DNA of 64,000 nt. Source: an uncultured delta proteobacterium. Lineage in GTDB: Bacteria > Myxococcota_A > Polyangia > Haliangiales > Haliangiaceae. Below, one piece after another: positions 54,951 through 63,253 of the stretch. The stretch lies in assembly GCA_963848295.1 (NCBI GenBank), contig CAWKDB010000010.1:1376001-1440000 (forward strand), read 5' to 3'. Numbering within the stretch: position 1 is the first letter of the stretch; every line of letters begins with the position of its first letter. The notes under the pieces are model-generated. The model saw nothing but the letters and a program-made list of their open reading frames with translations. It ran no database searches and was not told where the DNA came from. The translations under genes were made by a program, and so were the position numbers.

Positions 54951-55247
54951 ATGGCGGCCCCGGACCAAGGACAGACGCCCGGGCGCATTCGCGCGCAGGT
55001 CTCGATCTCGCTCGGGCTGGTCGGCGGCGTCGCGATGCTCGCGATCGGCTACTGCGGCCAAGCGGGTTCGGCCGTGGCGGCGTACGGCAAGCTCGGCGAC
55101 TGCGGATTGGGTTGCGACCACGCAATCGCTGCGCCGGCTCCGCTCACCTGGGCCGATATCGTGTTCTACATCGGCGCGATCGGCGGCGCGGCAGCCGTAC
55201 TCGGCGGGATCATCGCGCTGGTTCTATTACCGGGCGGCCGGCGCTGA
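54951..55247 (+). CDS. Small two-TM membrane protein
   Basis: Two hydrophobic helices around a CGLGCDH loop. Confidence 0.6.
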   Translation: MAAPDQGQTPGRIRAQVSISLGLVGGVAMLAIGYCGQAGSAVAAYGKLGDCGLGCDHAIAAPAPLTWADIVFYIGAIGGAAAVLGGIIALVLLPGGRR

Positions 55248-55293
55248 CGATCACGCGCTAAGAGCCCGGGCAAGTGGTGGTCGTCGGGTGTCG

Positions 55294-55364
55294 CGAGATC
55301 GGTTGGAGTCGAACCAACGCCCCTCCGGTTAACAACCGGCCGCTCTCCGATGAGCTTCGATCTC
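55294..55364 (-). tRNA. Divergent tRNA-Asn(GTT)-like gene
   Basis: Acceptor GAGATCG/CGATCTC with G73; D arm GCTC-ATCGGA-GAGC; CCGG-TTGTTAA-CCGG; T arm GTTGG-TTCGACT-CCAAC. Anomalies: A8, 6-nt D loop, G27-A43; no encoded CCA. Confidence 0.75.
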
Positions 55365-55428
55365 AAATACCGGCGTGTTGCCACGCCGGCAGCGGTCGCA
55401 AGCCGCGCCTTCGCGCTTTCACGTATCG

Positions 55429-55713
55429 CTACGCGCGCGCGAAGTCGGCGATGACCGGCGGCGTCGACGCGTCGAAACCGACGACGTCTAGCATGCCGGC
55501 GTCGGTCGGATCAGCAACGCTGAACCGGTTCGACGTCATTCCGACCACGACCAGCTTGGCCGGAACGCCTCGTGCTTCTCGACCCAACCGTTGGTGCGGC
55601 GAGATCGGCGGAGTCTTGCCGCCGCGGTACGTCCGCAGCGCCGAAAGGATCGCGATCGGGTGAACGCGAGCCTTCGCGAGATGCTGCGGATCGGCGAGCC
55701 GATCCGCGACGTC
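55429..55713 (-). pseudogene. rsr: Ro60/TROVE (Rsr) remnant made of three in-frame fragments
   Basis: RLADPQHLAKARVHPIAILSALRTY + PISPHQRL + AKLVVVGMTSNRFSVADPTDAGMLDVVGFDASTPPVIADFAR; all recognisable Ro60 segments in native order, with most of the protein missing. Confidence 0.85.
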
Positions 55714-55714
55714 T

Positions 55715-55790
55715 CGTGCGAGGAAAAAGTATCGACGGATCGTTCTTGGGCGCACGTCCCGAAGTTGAAATAGCAACGATCCGATCGACG
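55715..55790 (-). ncRNA. Y-RNA-like structured element
   Basis: CGTCGATCGGATCGTT...AACGATCCGTCGA bulged stem, followed by a pyrimidine tract and TCGCACG; directly upstream of the Ro60 remnant. Confidence 0.5.
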
Positions 55791-55831
55791 TAGGAATTGG
55801 CGGCCCTCGTAGGGAACGAAGGCCTAGTGAC

Positions 55832-55873
55832 GCGAATCGCCGTCGGCGCACGAAGCAGCGTTCGGCGACTCGC
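55832..55873 (-). ncRNA. Short hairpin with candidate Ro-binding motif
   Basis: 11-bp stem GCGAGTCGCCG/CGGCGATTCGC with GCCGAACG (55859-55866) next to an internal loop. Confidence 0.35.
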
Positions 55874-55876
55874 TCG

Positions 55877-55949
55877 CCCCACCCCCCGGAGTCGAACCAG
55901 GACCTCTCGGCTTTGCAGGCCGAGCGCGTACCGACTACGCGAGAGTGGG
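55877..55949 (-). tRNA. Divergent tRNA-Cys(GCA)-like gene
   Basis: Acceptor CCCACTC/GGGTGGG; D arm GCGT-AGTCGGT-ACGC; CTCGGC-CTGCAAA-GCCGAG; T arm CCTGG-TTCGACT-CCGGG. Discriminator is G rather than U; no CCA. Confidence 0.7.
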
Positions 55950-56043
55950 GATCGTCTTCAATTTTCATAGACCACTCCAGCTATGTGAGATTGGCTATCT
56001 CGCGTCGGGAGAACCTAAATTGTGAGCCCGTGAAACGGGCCTG

Positions 56044-56084
56044 AAACGACGAAGGGCCGCTTGGCTTGCGCCGAGCGACCCTCG
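56044..56084 (-). terminator. Conditional (attenuator) terminator hairpin
   Basis: GAGGGTCGCTCGGC-GCAA-GCCAAGCGGCCCTT followed by CGTCGTTT (weak U tract); its 5' arm is shared with an alternative stem at 56079-56118. Confidence 0.6.
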
Positions 56085-56106
56085 CAGTGCAACGTGGATT
56101 ACGTCG

Positions 56107-56190
56107 TTACCGCGAGGGAACTCGACCGGAGAGCGCTTCGTTACCCGCTGCGCGGGCCGCGAGAACGTTATGGGTTGGACGCTTCGTCAT
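56107..56190 (-). CDS. Putative leader peptide MTKRPTHNVLAARAAGNEALSGRVPSR
   Basis: ATG shortly after the promoter; the last codons and stop overlap the antiterminator strand. Confidence 0.55.
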   Translation of the reverse strand: MTKRPTHNVLAARAAGNEALSGRVPSR

Positions 56191-56206
56191 AGCTGCGAGA
56201 CTTGAA

Positions 56207-56235
56207 CGATTAACAGGGGGCGTTCGATCTGTCAA
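56207..56235 (-). promoter_or_regulatory. Sigma70-like promoter of the tRNA-like/Ro60 unit
   Basis: TTGACA (56230-56235), 17-nt spacer, TAATCG preceded by TGn. Confidence 0.55.
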
Positions 56236-56281
56236 CGTCTTTCGCGCGTCCAGATCGAGAGTCGCGACTACCACGTTGGAT

Positions 56282-57262
56282 TCAGACTGATTTCGCGACC
56301 GCGATCGTCACCGGCGCGGTCAGGCCGAGCTCGATGTGGCGATGCCGACCGAGCAGCTCGCCGCCGGCCTCGACCGCGGTCTCGCGATCGAGATCGATCG
56401 CGACGCGATCGCACAGGAAGTCCGCCGTATGGTCGGAGAAGTACTCGCCGCGAAACGCCGCAGGGACATGACGGAGCACTTCGATCAAGCCGCCATCGCC
56501 GCAGCGCAGGTGAAATCTGCCGGCGCGCGCGTCGGAGAACGCGAACATCTTCAGCCCGAAGCCGAAGTACGGGATCGTCGCGCCGGCGACCAGCGTACAC
56601 GTGCCGGACCATAGCTCGCGGTCCGCGCCGATCGTCCGGCCGGTGGGTCCGCCGCGCGCCATCTCGATCGCCGGTGCACCGAGGTTAGTCACCGTCGCGG
56701 TCGGACGCGCCGCCGTCGCGAACCGTGGGATCGATCGCAACGCGACAGACAACGCGTAGCGCGCGCCCCCGCCGAGGCCGCGCACGACCGGCACGCGATC
56801 GACGACGCGGCCGAACGCGGCTTGATCTTCGAGTAGCTGCGAGTCGATGCCCAAGCCGACGAACGGAGCTCGGACGCCGAGCACGTCGACCATCGCGAGT
56901 TGTCTCCACACCGATTGCCCGCGCACGAGCCGGCCGAGGTCCGCGGCCACATCGTCACCGGCACCCACCGCGTCGGCGATCGCGTTGCCCGAGCCGAGAC
57001 GCAACATCCCGATCGCCGGCTCGGGCTTGGCGAAGCCGCGACATGCTTCGGCGACGAGCGCGAGCCCCATCACGAGCGTGCCGTCGCCGCCGCCGAGCAC
57101 GATCAGATCGACGCCTCGGCGAATCTCGGCGCGGATCCGGTCGCGCGCATCGTCGAGCGACACGGTGAACCGCACGCCTCCGGGCAGCGCGCGCTCGAGC
57201 TCGTCGGGCAGCCGACCGCGCAACCGCCGCGCATTGCGGTTGATGATCGCGACCGCTCTCAT
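56282..57262 (-). CDS. Diacylglycerol/lipid kinase family protein
   Basis: IINRNA, GGGDGT, LRLGSGNAIA, G.G.D, IPYFGFG; ATGA-coupled to the upstream gene. Confidence 0.88.
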   Translation of the reverse strand: MRAVAIINRNARRLRGRLPDELERALPGGVRFTVSLDDARDRIRAEIRRGVDLIVLGGGDGTLVMGLALVAEACRGFAKPEPAIGMLRLGSGNAIADAVGAGDDVAADLGRLVRGQSVWRQLAMVDVLGVRAPFVGLGIDSQLLEDQAAFGRVVDRVPVVRGLGGGARYALSVALRSIPRFATAARPTATVTNLGAPAIEMARGGPTGRTIGADRELWSGTCTLVAGATIPYFGFGLKMFAFSDARAGRFHLRCGDGGLIEVLRHVPAAFRGEYFSDHTADFLCDRVAIDLDRETAVEAGGELLGRHRHIELGLTAPVTIAVAKSV

Positions 57263-58953
57263 GGGCACAGCTCGCGCACGGCCTCGGCGGGATCCGACGG
57301 GATCACGAGCCGCGTCCGGCCGAACGCGCCGACGAGGTTGTCCCAGAACCTGCCCGCGGTCAGCGGCTCGCGCACGGATGCGAGTAGCTCGGCGACGGGC
57401 TCGCAAGTCATCACGCGGCGCGCCGCAGCGATGCCCTCGGGGCTCGTGCGATCCGGATCGGAGCGCATCACATCGAATGCGGGATCGCCGTACTCGGCGA
57501 GCACCCACGCCCACGGCAGCTGCTTCTCGTGACCGGTGCGCCCGGGGAACGTCGGAGTGATCCGCGCACCGATCGGATCCGCGAGCCCGTATCGGTCGGC
57601 TACTTCGCCGTCGAGCGGCGCGATCGCGCCTGCCGTCCCGAGTTGGTCGGCAACGATCACGACCGGTGTGTCGAGCGTCGGATCGACATGCATGGTCGAG
57701 CCATCGTGATCCCAGTACATCCGGTGCTGCACGCCGGCGTTGCTCGCGCGGCGATAGACGTCCGCGCCAAGGCTCCTGCGCACGTACGCCGCCGCATCGA
57801 CCGGGTGATCGTCTAGGGTCATCCGCACGTACGATTGGCGCTCGTCCCAGTCGCTGTACCAGTCGAACCCGACATCGGTGCCGTGATACGTGCGAACGCT
57901 CGCCGCGATGATCAGCGCCCAACCGGCGACGACCGCGAGCGCTGGCGTGCGGATCGGCACGAGCATCGCCGGCAAGATCAGCAAGAACATCGGCGCGAGC
58001 ATCATCCGCGCGAACATGAAGTCGCCGCCGACCCGCACGACGAAGATCGTGAGCGCGCCCGCCGCCGCGACCGGCGCGATCGCGATGATCCGATCGCGCG
58101 TGGCCAGCGTCTTGCGCGCGATCGCGAGTCCGGCGAGCACGGCGAGTGCGGCGAGTGGCACCCACAACCAGCAGTGCTCGATGAAGTGCCAGACGTAGCC
58201 GAGCCCGTGCAGCCACGCGCTCTTGCCGGCACTCTTCGCGAGCGCGGGCAACGGCACGAGCGAACCGTAGTAGCCGGCGCGAAAGATCTCGTAACCGAGC
58301 GGCAGCGCGATCGCATAGCCGGCGAGCGCGAGCGTCCGCCGGCGCGCCGGCCGGACGAGCAACCAACCCGCGACGAGGAACACCGCCGAGACCAGCGCGA
58401 GGTCGGGCCGGACGAGCGGACCGAGCCCGAACGCGATCGCGGTGGCGACGTGGCGGCGATCGCGCAACGTGACGAGCAGCCACCAGATCGCCGCGAGCCA
58501 GGCGAGCGTCAGCCCGGTCTCGAGCCCGGACGTCGCGAAGTCCCAGAACGGAAACGCGCCGATCAGCACGAACGCGCCGCACGGCGCGAGTCGAGCCGAG
58601 CTGCCCCGCGAGCGCAGCCAGCGGCGGGTCGCGTCCATCGCGATCACCAGCGCGAGCACCGCGAGCGACCCGCCGAGCGCGAGCGCGAGCCACTCGAGGT
58701 TCGCGCGCGTGACGAGCCCGGCGAGCGCGAGCAACCATGGCCACAGTGCGCTGGTGTTCGGCTCGGTGCGCTCGAACAGGTTGAACACCGGGCCGTTGCC
58801 CGCGAGGATCTGGCGCGCGACTCGGACGTCGATCAGCGCGTCATCGGTCATCCAGCGCCGTTGCCAGACGAGCGCGATGAACGCGAGCGTGACGACGATC
58901 ATCCCGACGAACGTCGCGCCGTCGGGCGTCGTTAGCCACGCGCGCCATCGCAC
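57259..58953 (-). CDS. GT-C-type membrane glycosyltransferase (AftB-like)
   Basis: W.TDDALI..RV..Q...GNGPVFN..ER.E.NTS.LW, FATSGLETGL, LVRPD, FR.GYYG.LVP, GGDFMF.R, GHEK. Confidence 0.85.
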   Translation of the reverse strand: MRWRAWLTTPDGATFVGMIVVTLAFIALVWQRRWMTDDALIDVRVARQILAGNGPVFNLFERTEPNTSALWPWLLALAGLVTRANLEWLALALGGSLAVLALVIAMDATRRWLRSRGSSARLAPCGAFVLIGAFPFWDFATSGLETGLTLAWLAAIWWLLVTLRDRRHVATAIAFGLGPLVRPDLALVSAVFLVAGWLLVRPARRRTLALAGYAIALPLGYEIFRAGYYGSLVPLPALAKSAGKSAWLHGLGYVWHFIEHCWLWVPLAALAVLAGLAIARKTLATRDRIIAIAPVAAAGALTIFVVRVGGDFMFARMMLAPMFLLILPAMLVPIRTPALAVVAGWALIIAASVRTYHGTDVGFDWYSDWDERQSYVRMTLDDHPVDAAAYVRRSLGADVYRRASNAGVQHRMYWDHDGSTMHVDPTLDTPVVIVADQLGTAGAIAPLDGEVADRYGLADPIGARITPTFPGRTGHEKQLPWAWVLAEYGDPAFDVMRSDPDRTSPEGIAAARRVMTCEPVAELLASVREPLTAGRFWDNLVGAFGRTRLVIPSDPAEAVRELCP

Positions 58954-58962
58954 GCAGCGACA

Positions 58963-59709
58963 CTACCAGGCGGCGGCGACGAACGCTCCGACCTCGGCGG
59001 CGAACCGCTCGAGCTGATCGAGGTAGACCCAGTGACCGGCCGGCTCGATCCCGATCCAGCGCACGCGATGCCGATCGAGCAGCTCGCGACTCCGCGCGCA
59101 GATGCCGTCGGGGACGCCGGCGACGTACAGCATCGGCACTCGCAGCGCTGCCAATCGAGGCGCGAGGCGATCGTCGCTCGACAACGCCACGAGATCGGTC
59201 GCATCGCGCTGGAACCCGGCCGGACTCGCGAAGCACATCGCCGCGAAGTAGCCGCGCAAAGCGGGCTGCGTCGCGCCATCGGCGTAGACCTGTGCGCGCA
59301 ATTCAGCGAGCCCGGCCGCCGCGTCGCTCCAACCGAGCGCCTGGCCGCTGAACGTGCAGTCGCCGCGCGAGATGTTGCCTTCGACATCGACGACCGCTCG
59401 CACCGGCGCGCGCTCGGCGACGAGCAGCGCGAGCACGCCGCCCATCGAGTGCCCGATCACGACCGCGGGCGAGCGCTCCGCGAGCCAGCCGGCGAGGAGC
59501 TCCGCGGTCGCGTCGAGCCCGACCGGATGACTCGGCCACGCCGACCGGCCGTAACCCGGGAGATCCGGCAAGACATGCGTGTAGCCGGGCAAGCGCGCGA
59601 CGACCGGGTCGAAGCTCGTCGACGATTCGCCGAGGCCGTGGACCCAGACGAGCTCGGGGCCGTGACCGACGCGGCGTACCGACATGCCGTGCTCGATCGA
59701 CCAGCTCAC
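58963..59709 (-). CDS. Alpha/beta hydrolase
   Basis: VHGLG, PDLPGYGRS, GHSMGG, AGHW. Confidence 0.9.
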   Translation of the reverse strand: MSWSIEHGMSVRRVGHGPELVWVHGLGESSTSFDPVVARLPGYTHVLPDLPGYGRSAWPSHPVGLDATAELLAGWLAERSPAVVIGHSMGGVLALLVAERAPVRAVVDVEGNISRGDCTFSGQALGWSDAAAGLAELRAQVYADGATQPALRGYFAAMCFASPAGFQRDATDLVALSSDDRLAPRLAALRVPMLYVAGVPDGICARSRELLDRHRVRWIGIEPAGHWVYLDQLERFAAEVGAFVAAAW

Positions 59710-60200
59710 TAGTTCCCGTAGTCTTGGACGATCGTCACGCCGGTGCCCATCTGATAGATGCCGCAGCCGAGTGTCGCGTAGGCGCCCATCATGTTGATGT
59801 AGTGGCCGTGGGTCGAGTAATCGGTGCCCGGTCCCTCGGCGTAGAATGCCGCGACGCAGGATCCGACGAGCACCTTCATGTCGCCGCCCGGCTGCAGCAT
59901 CCAGTTGCCTTGCACCGGGCACTCGTTCTCCGCGAACGCGATGCCGCCGCCGCTCGTCATCGTGAAGTGGTTGTGCGCCAAGCTCGAGAAGTCGACCATC
60001 GCGCCGGTCGCAGCGTACGCCTCGAGATCCGCCGACTCGGTGAGCGCCGGCTTATCGTTCATCGCGCGATAACGGTTGGTCTCGGACACGCAGAATTGCA
60101 GCGCGGTCTCGTTCGGATCGGCATCTGGCGAGCCGCCGCCACCGGCGTTACCGCCGCCGCACGCCGCGACCGCTAGCACGACGACCCAGGCTGACCGCAT
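59709..60200 (-). CDS. CAP (SCP-like) domain lipoprotein
   Basis: Lipobox VAAC; N.YRA, H.HF, AENE, EGPG...HGHY.NM, LGCG. Confidence 0.87.
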   Translation of the reverse strand: MRSAWVVVLAVAACGGGNAGGGGSPDADPNETALQFCVSETNRYRAMNDKPALTESADLEAYAATGAMVDFSSLAHNHFTMTSGGGIAFAENECPVQGNWMLQPGGDMKVLVGSCVAAFYAEGPGTDYSTHGHYINMMGAYATLGCGIYQMGTGVTIVQDYGN

Positions 60201-60211
60201 ACACCATCGTA

Positions 60212-61450
60212 TCAACCAAACGCGCGGCGGATCCGCGAAATCGCTTCCTCGATGTTCGCCCGCGAGTTGAACGCGGACAGCCGGAAGTAGCCCTCGCCGG
60301 CCGGACCAAAGCCCGCGCCCGGCGTGCCGACGATCTGCGCCTCGCCGAGCAGCCGATCGAAGAAGTCCCAAGACGAAGCGCCACCGGCGGTGCGCAACCA
60401 CAAGTACGGTGCGTGTACGCCACCGAACAGCGTGAACCCCGCGGCGCCGAGCCCTTCGCGGAGCAAGCGCGCGTTCTCCATGTAGAACGCGATCTGGGCG
60501 CGGGTCTCGGCGAGCCCGGCCGGCGAATACGCCGCCGCGGCGGCGCGCTGCACGACATACGAGGCGCCGTTGAACTTCGTCGTGTGGCGGCGCGCCCATA
60601 GCGCGTTGAGCGACGTCCGCTTGCCGGTCGGATCGACGCCGGTGACCGACTTCGGCACGACCAGGAACGCGCAGCGCACGCCGGTGAACCCGGCGCGCTT
60701 CGAGAAGCTGCGGAGCTCGAGCGCGCAATCCTTCGCGCCCGGGATCTCGTAGATCGAGTGCGGCAGCGACGGATCCGCAATGTAGGACTCGTAAGCGGCG
60801 TCGAACAGGATGATCGCGTCGGTCTCGCGCGCCCAGGCAACCCAGCGCTCGAGCTGCGCGCGGGTCGCGACCGTGCCGGTCGGATTGTTCGGCGAGCATA
60901 GATACGCGACATCGACCTTCGCGGCGCCGGTCGGCGGCTCGGGCTGGAAGCCATTGGCCTCGTTGCCGACCAGGTACACGAGGCCTTCGTAGCGGCCGTC
61001 GCCACCGAGCGCGCCGGTGCGTCCGGCCATCACGTTCGAGTCGACGTAGACCGGGTAGACCGGATCGGTGACCGCGACCTTCGCGGCGAGCGCGAAGATC
61101 TCCTGGATGTTGCCGCTGTCGCACTTGCTGCCGTCGCTGACGAAGATCTCGTCGGCCGCGAGGTCGACCCCGCGCGCCTTGAAGTCGTGCTCGCGGATCG
61201 CCTCGACGAGAAAGTCGTAGCCCTGCTCCGGCCCGTAGCCCTTGAACGTCTCGCGCCTGGCCATCTCGTCGACCGCGGCGTGCATCGCCGCGATGATCGA
61301 CGGCGCGAGCGGCTCGGTGACGTCGCCGATGCCGAGCCGGATCACCTTCGCGTCGGGATGCGCGGCGGTGTACGAACGTACGCGGCGCCCGATCTCGGGG
61401 AACAAGTAGCCGGCGGGGAGCTTGCTGTAGTGCTCGTTGATCCGTGCCAT
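60212..61450 (-). CDS. dapL: LL-diaminopimelate aminotransferase
   Basis: [69 protein letters not shown]. Confidence 0.96.
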   Translation of the reverse strand: MARINEHYSKLPAGYLFPEIGRRVRSYTAAHPDAKVIRLGIGDVTEPLAPSIIAAMHAAVDEMARRETFKGYGPEQGYDFLVEAIREHDFKARGVDLAADEIFVSDGSKCDSGNIQEIFALAAKVAVTDPVYPVYVDSNVMAGRTGALGGDGRYEGLVYLVGNEANGFQPEPPTGAAKVDVAYLCSPNNPTGTVATRAQLERWVAWARETDAIILFDAAYESYIADPSLPHSIYEIPGAKDCALELRSFSKRAGFTGVRCAFLVVPKSVTGVDPTGKRTSLNALWARRHTTKFNGASYVVQRAAAAAYSPAGLAETRAQIAFYMENARLLREGLGAAGFTLFGGVHAPYLWLRTAGGASSWDFFDRLLGEAQIVGTPGAGFGPAGEGYFRLSAFNSRANIEEAISRIRRAFG

Positions 61451-61562
61451 GCGCGCTGAGAATGTACGCCGTCTTGGGACCGGTGCGACGACGATCGCGG
61501 TTTGCGCGTCTCGGACAGCGGATTCTCGGTAACGTTTGGGGCGCTGGCGACAGGATAGGGTC

Positions 61563-62795
61563 GTGGCCGAAGTGCCGAGTCCAGAGCTGCTGCTCCAAGA
61601 CATCGCATGGCTGAAACGCCTCGCGACTACGCTCGCGAACGATCGAGACGACGCTGACGATCTCGTGCAGGAGGCGTGGATCGCCGCGTGGCGACGCCAA
61701 CCAGACGCCACTCGGCCGATGAGAGCGTGGCTCACCAAGGTGGTTCGCGACCTTGCTGGCATGAAGCACCGAAGCGATCGAAGGCGCGCTGCGCGCCACG
61801 TGCTCACGGATGACGCACAGGTACCTGCAGCGCCCGACGAGTTGGTGGCGCAGATCCGACTGCACCGACGGCTCGCGGAGCTCGTCATCGAGCTCGAGGA
61901 GCCGTATCGCTCGACCATCATCGGGCGCTTCGTCGAGGGCCGCACTTCGGCATCGATCGCCCAGTCTCTCGGCATCCCCGCCGGCACGGTACGGAAGCGA
62001 CTGCACGACGCGCTCTCGAAGCTGCGAGCAGGTCTGGATGCCAACGCTGGGGACCGCAAGCGATGGGCACCAGCCGTGCTCGCGTTCGCACAGGGAGGGA
62101 TACAAGTGGCGAAGCCGACCAAGCTTGTTCTTGTGGTTCTCGCCACACTCCTGCTGGCGACTGCCGCGACTGTCATGATCGTTCTCCCCATACGAGGCGG
62201 CGGCGGCGGGACGACGCTCTCGACGCGTTCACCGGAGACAACGGCGTCGAGCGATGCGGCGCCGGCCGGTCCGAGCGTGACTGCCGCCGCGACCGACGCG
62301 CGAACACCACTTGGGCCGCTATCCGCGCACCGCGCCGCGGAGCGTGCCGCGATGCTCGCGGCGATCGCGAGCGCACGAGAGGCCCGCGACCATCGCACCG
62401 CCGCATCCACGCACACGCCCACCACCCCCGGTGCGCCGACCACGACCGGTAGCGACTCGACTGGCACGGTGCTCGATCTACAGGACAACAGCGGCGACAC
62501 CAGCGACTGGGCGAAGCGGACGCTCAGCACGGTCGACCACCTGCTCGGCCAGTGCTACGACCTCGGTCTCGCCGAGGATGCCAACCTCGCAGGGACCATC
62601 AAGGTCCGGTTCACGCTCGTTGGAGAGCCCGGCGTCGGCGGTCTGCTCGAGAGCGTCGAGATCGTCGACGCGGACACGACGATCACGCAGCAGACGATCC
62701 GCGACTGTCTCACCCAGCAGCTCTACGCGCTGGAGCTCGACCCACCGCCCGACGGCGTGACGGTCAAGCGCGACATCAGCCTCAACGTCCCGTGA
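61563..62795 (+). CDS. ECF sigma factor fused to a TM helix and an AgmX/PglI-like C-terminal domain
   Basis: [39 protein letters not shown]...; QCY...L......GTI.V.F...G...V.......C. Confidence 0.88.
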   Translation: MAEVPSPELLLQDIAWLKRLATTLANDRDDADDLVQEAWIAAWRRQPDATRPMRAWLTKVVRDLAGMKHRSDRRRAARHVLTDDAQVPAAPDELVAQIRLHRRLAELVIELEEPYRSTIIGRFVEGRTSASIAQSLGIPAGTVRKRLHDALSKLRAGLDANAGDRKRWAPAVLAFAQGGIQVAKPTKLVLVVLATLLLATAATVMIVLPIRGGGGGTTLSTRSPETTASSDAAPAGPSVTAAATDARTPLGPLSAHRAAERAAMLAAIASAREARDHRTAASTHTPTTPGAPTTTGSDSTGTVLDLQDNSGDTSDWAKRTLSTVDHLLGQCYDLGLAEDANLAGTIKVRFTLVGEPGVGGLLESVEIVDADTTITQQTIRDCLTQQLYALELDPPPDGVTVKRDISLNVP

Positions 62796-63217
62796 CGATT
62801 GCGCGCGCCATCCATCCCCACGATCTAGCGCTGCGTCCGCGCGACCACGGACCAGGGCGCAGCTCGTCGAGTCGGTGATTCGGCTGATACCACGCGTGCG
62901 GCTGTTCGCGAATCGGTCCGGCCGGCTGCCGGCCTCCTTCCCACAAACCAAAAAAGGTCAGTAGCAGAGCCTGTGCGGCGATGTGGACGGGTGCGCCGCT
63001 ACCTCGGTGGTCTCGTGGTCATCGCGATCGATCGCGGCGCAGCCGTCCAAGCGAGCGAGGTCAGCCGTGGACGATCGATGGCGAGAACCTCGATCGCGGC
63101 GCGAGCGGCTGTCCGCGCGAGCGCCATCGTCCACAGGCAGGCACGCAACCAGGCTGCTCTAACTTGCGTTGCGCCGGGTCGAGCAGATCCACAACATACC
63201 GATATCTGCCGAATCAA

Positions 63218-63246
63218 TTGACGCGATCGTCGACGTGTGCTACGGT
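63218..63246 (+). promoter_or_regulatory. Sigma70-like promoter of the transposase
   Basis: TTGACG-17 nt-TACGGT, 7 nt before GTG 63254. Confidence 0.55.
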
Positions 63247-63253
63247 GCTCCTC

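Noticed and set aside
55714..55968. N-terminal half of ORF 55429-55968 as real protein (has GGAG then ATG)
   Set aside because: It translates through the tRNA-Cys-like cloverleaf and hairpins (SACKAERSWFDSG is tRNA sequence read as codons). Open frames of this length are common at this GC. Translation of a fusion to the Ro60 remnant cannot be fully excluded.
59709..62530. 798-aa and 772-aa ORFs as large fusion proteins
   Set aside because: Over-extended starts; the real genes are the CAP lipoprotein (from 60200) and dapL (from 61450). The same applies to 16820-18658, 34781-37042 and 56282-58744.
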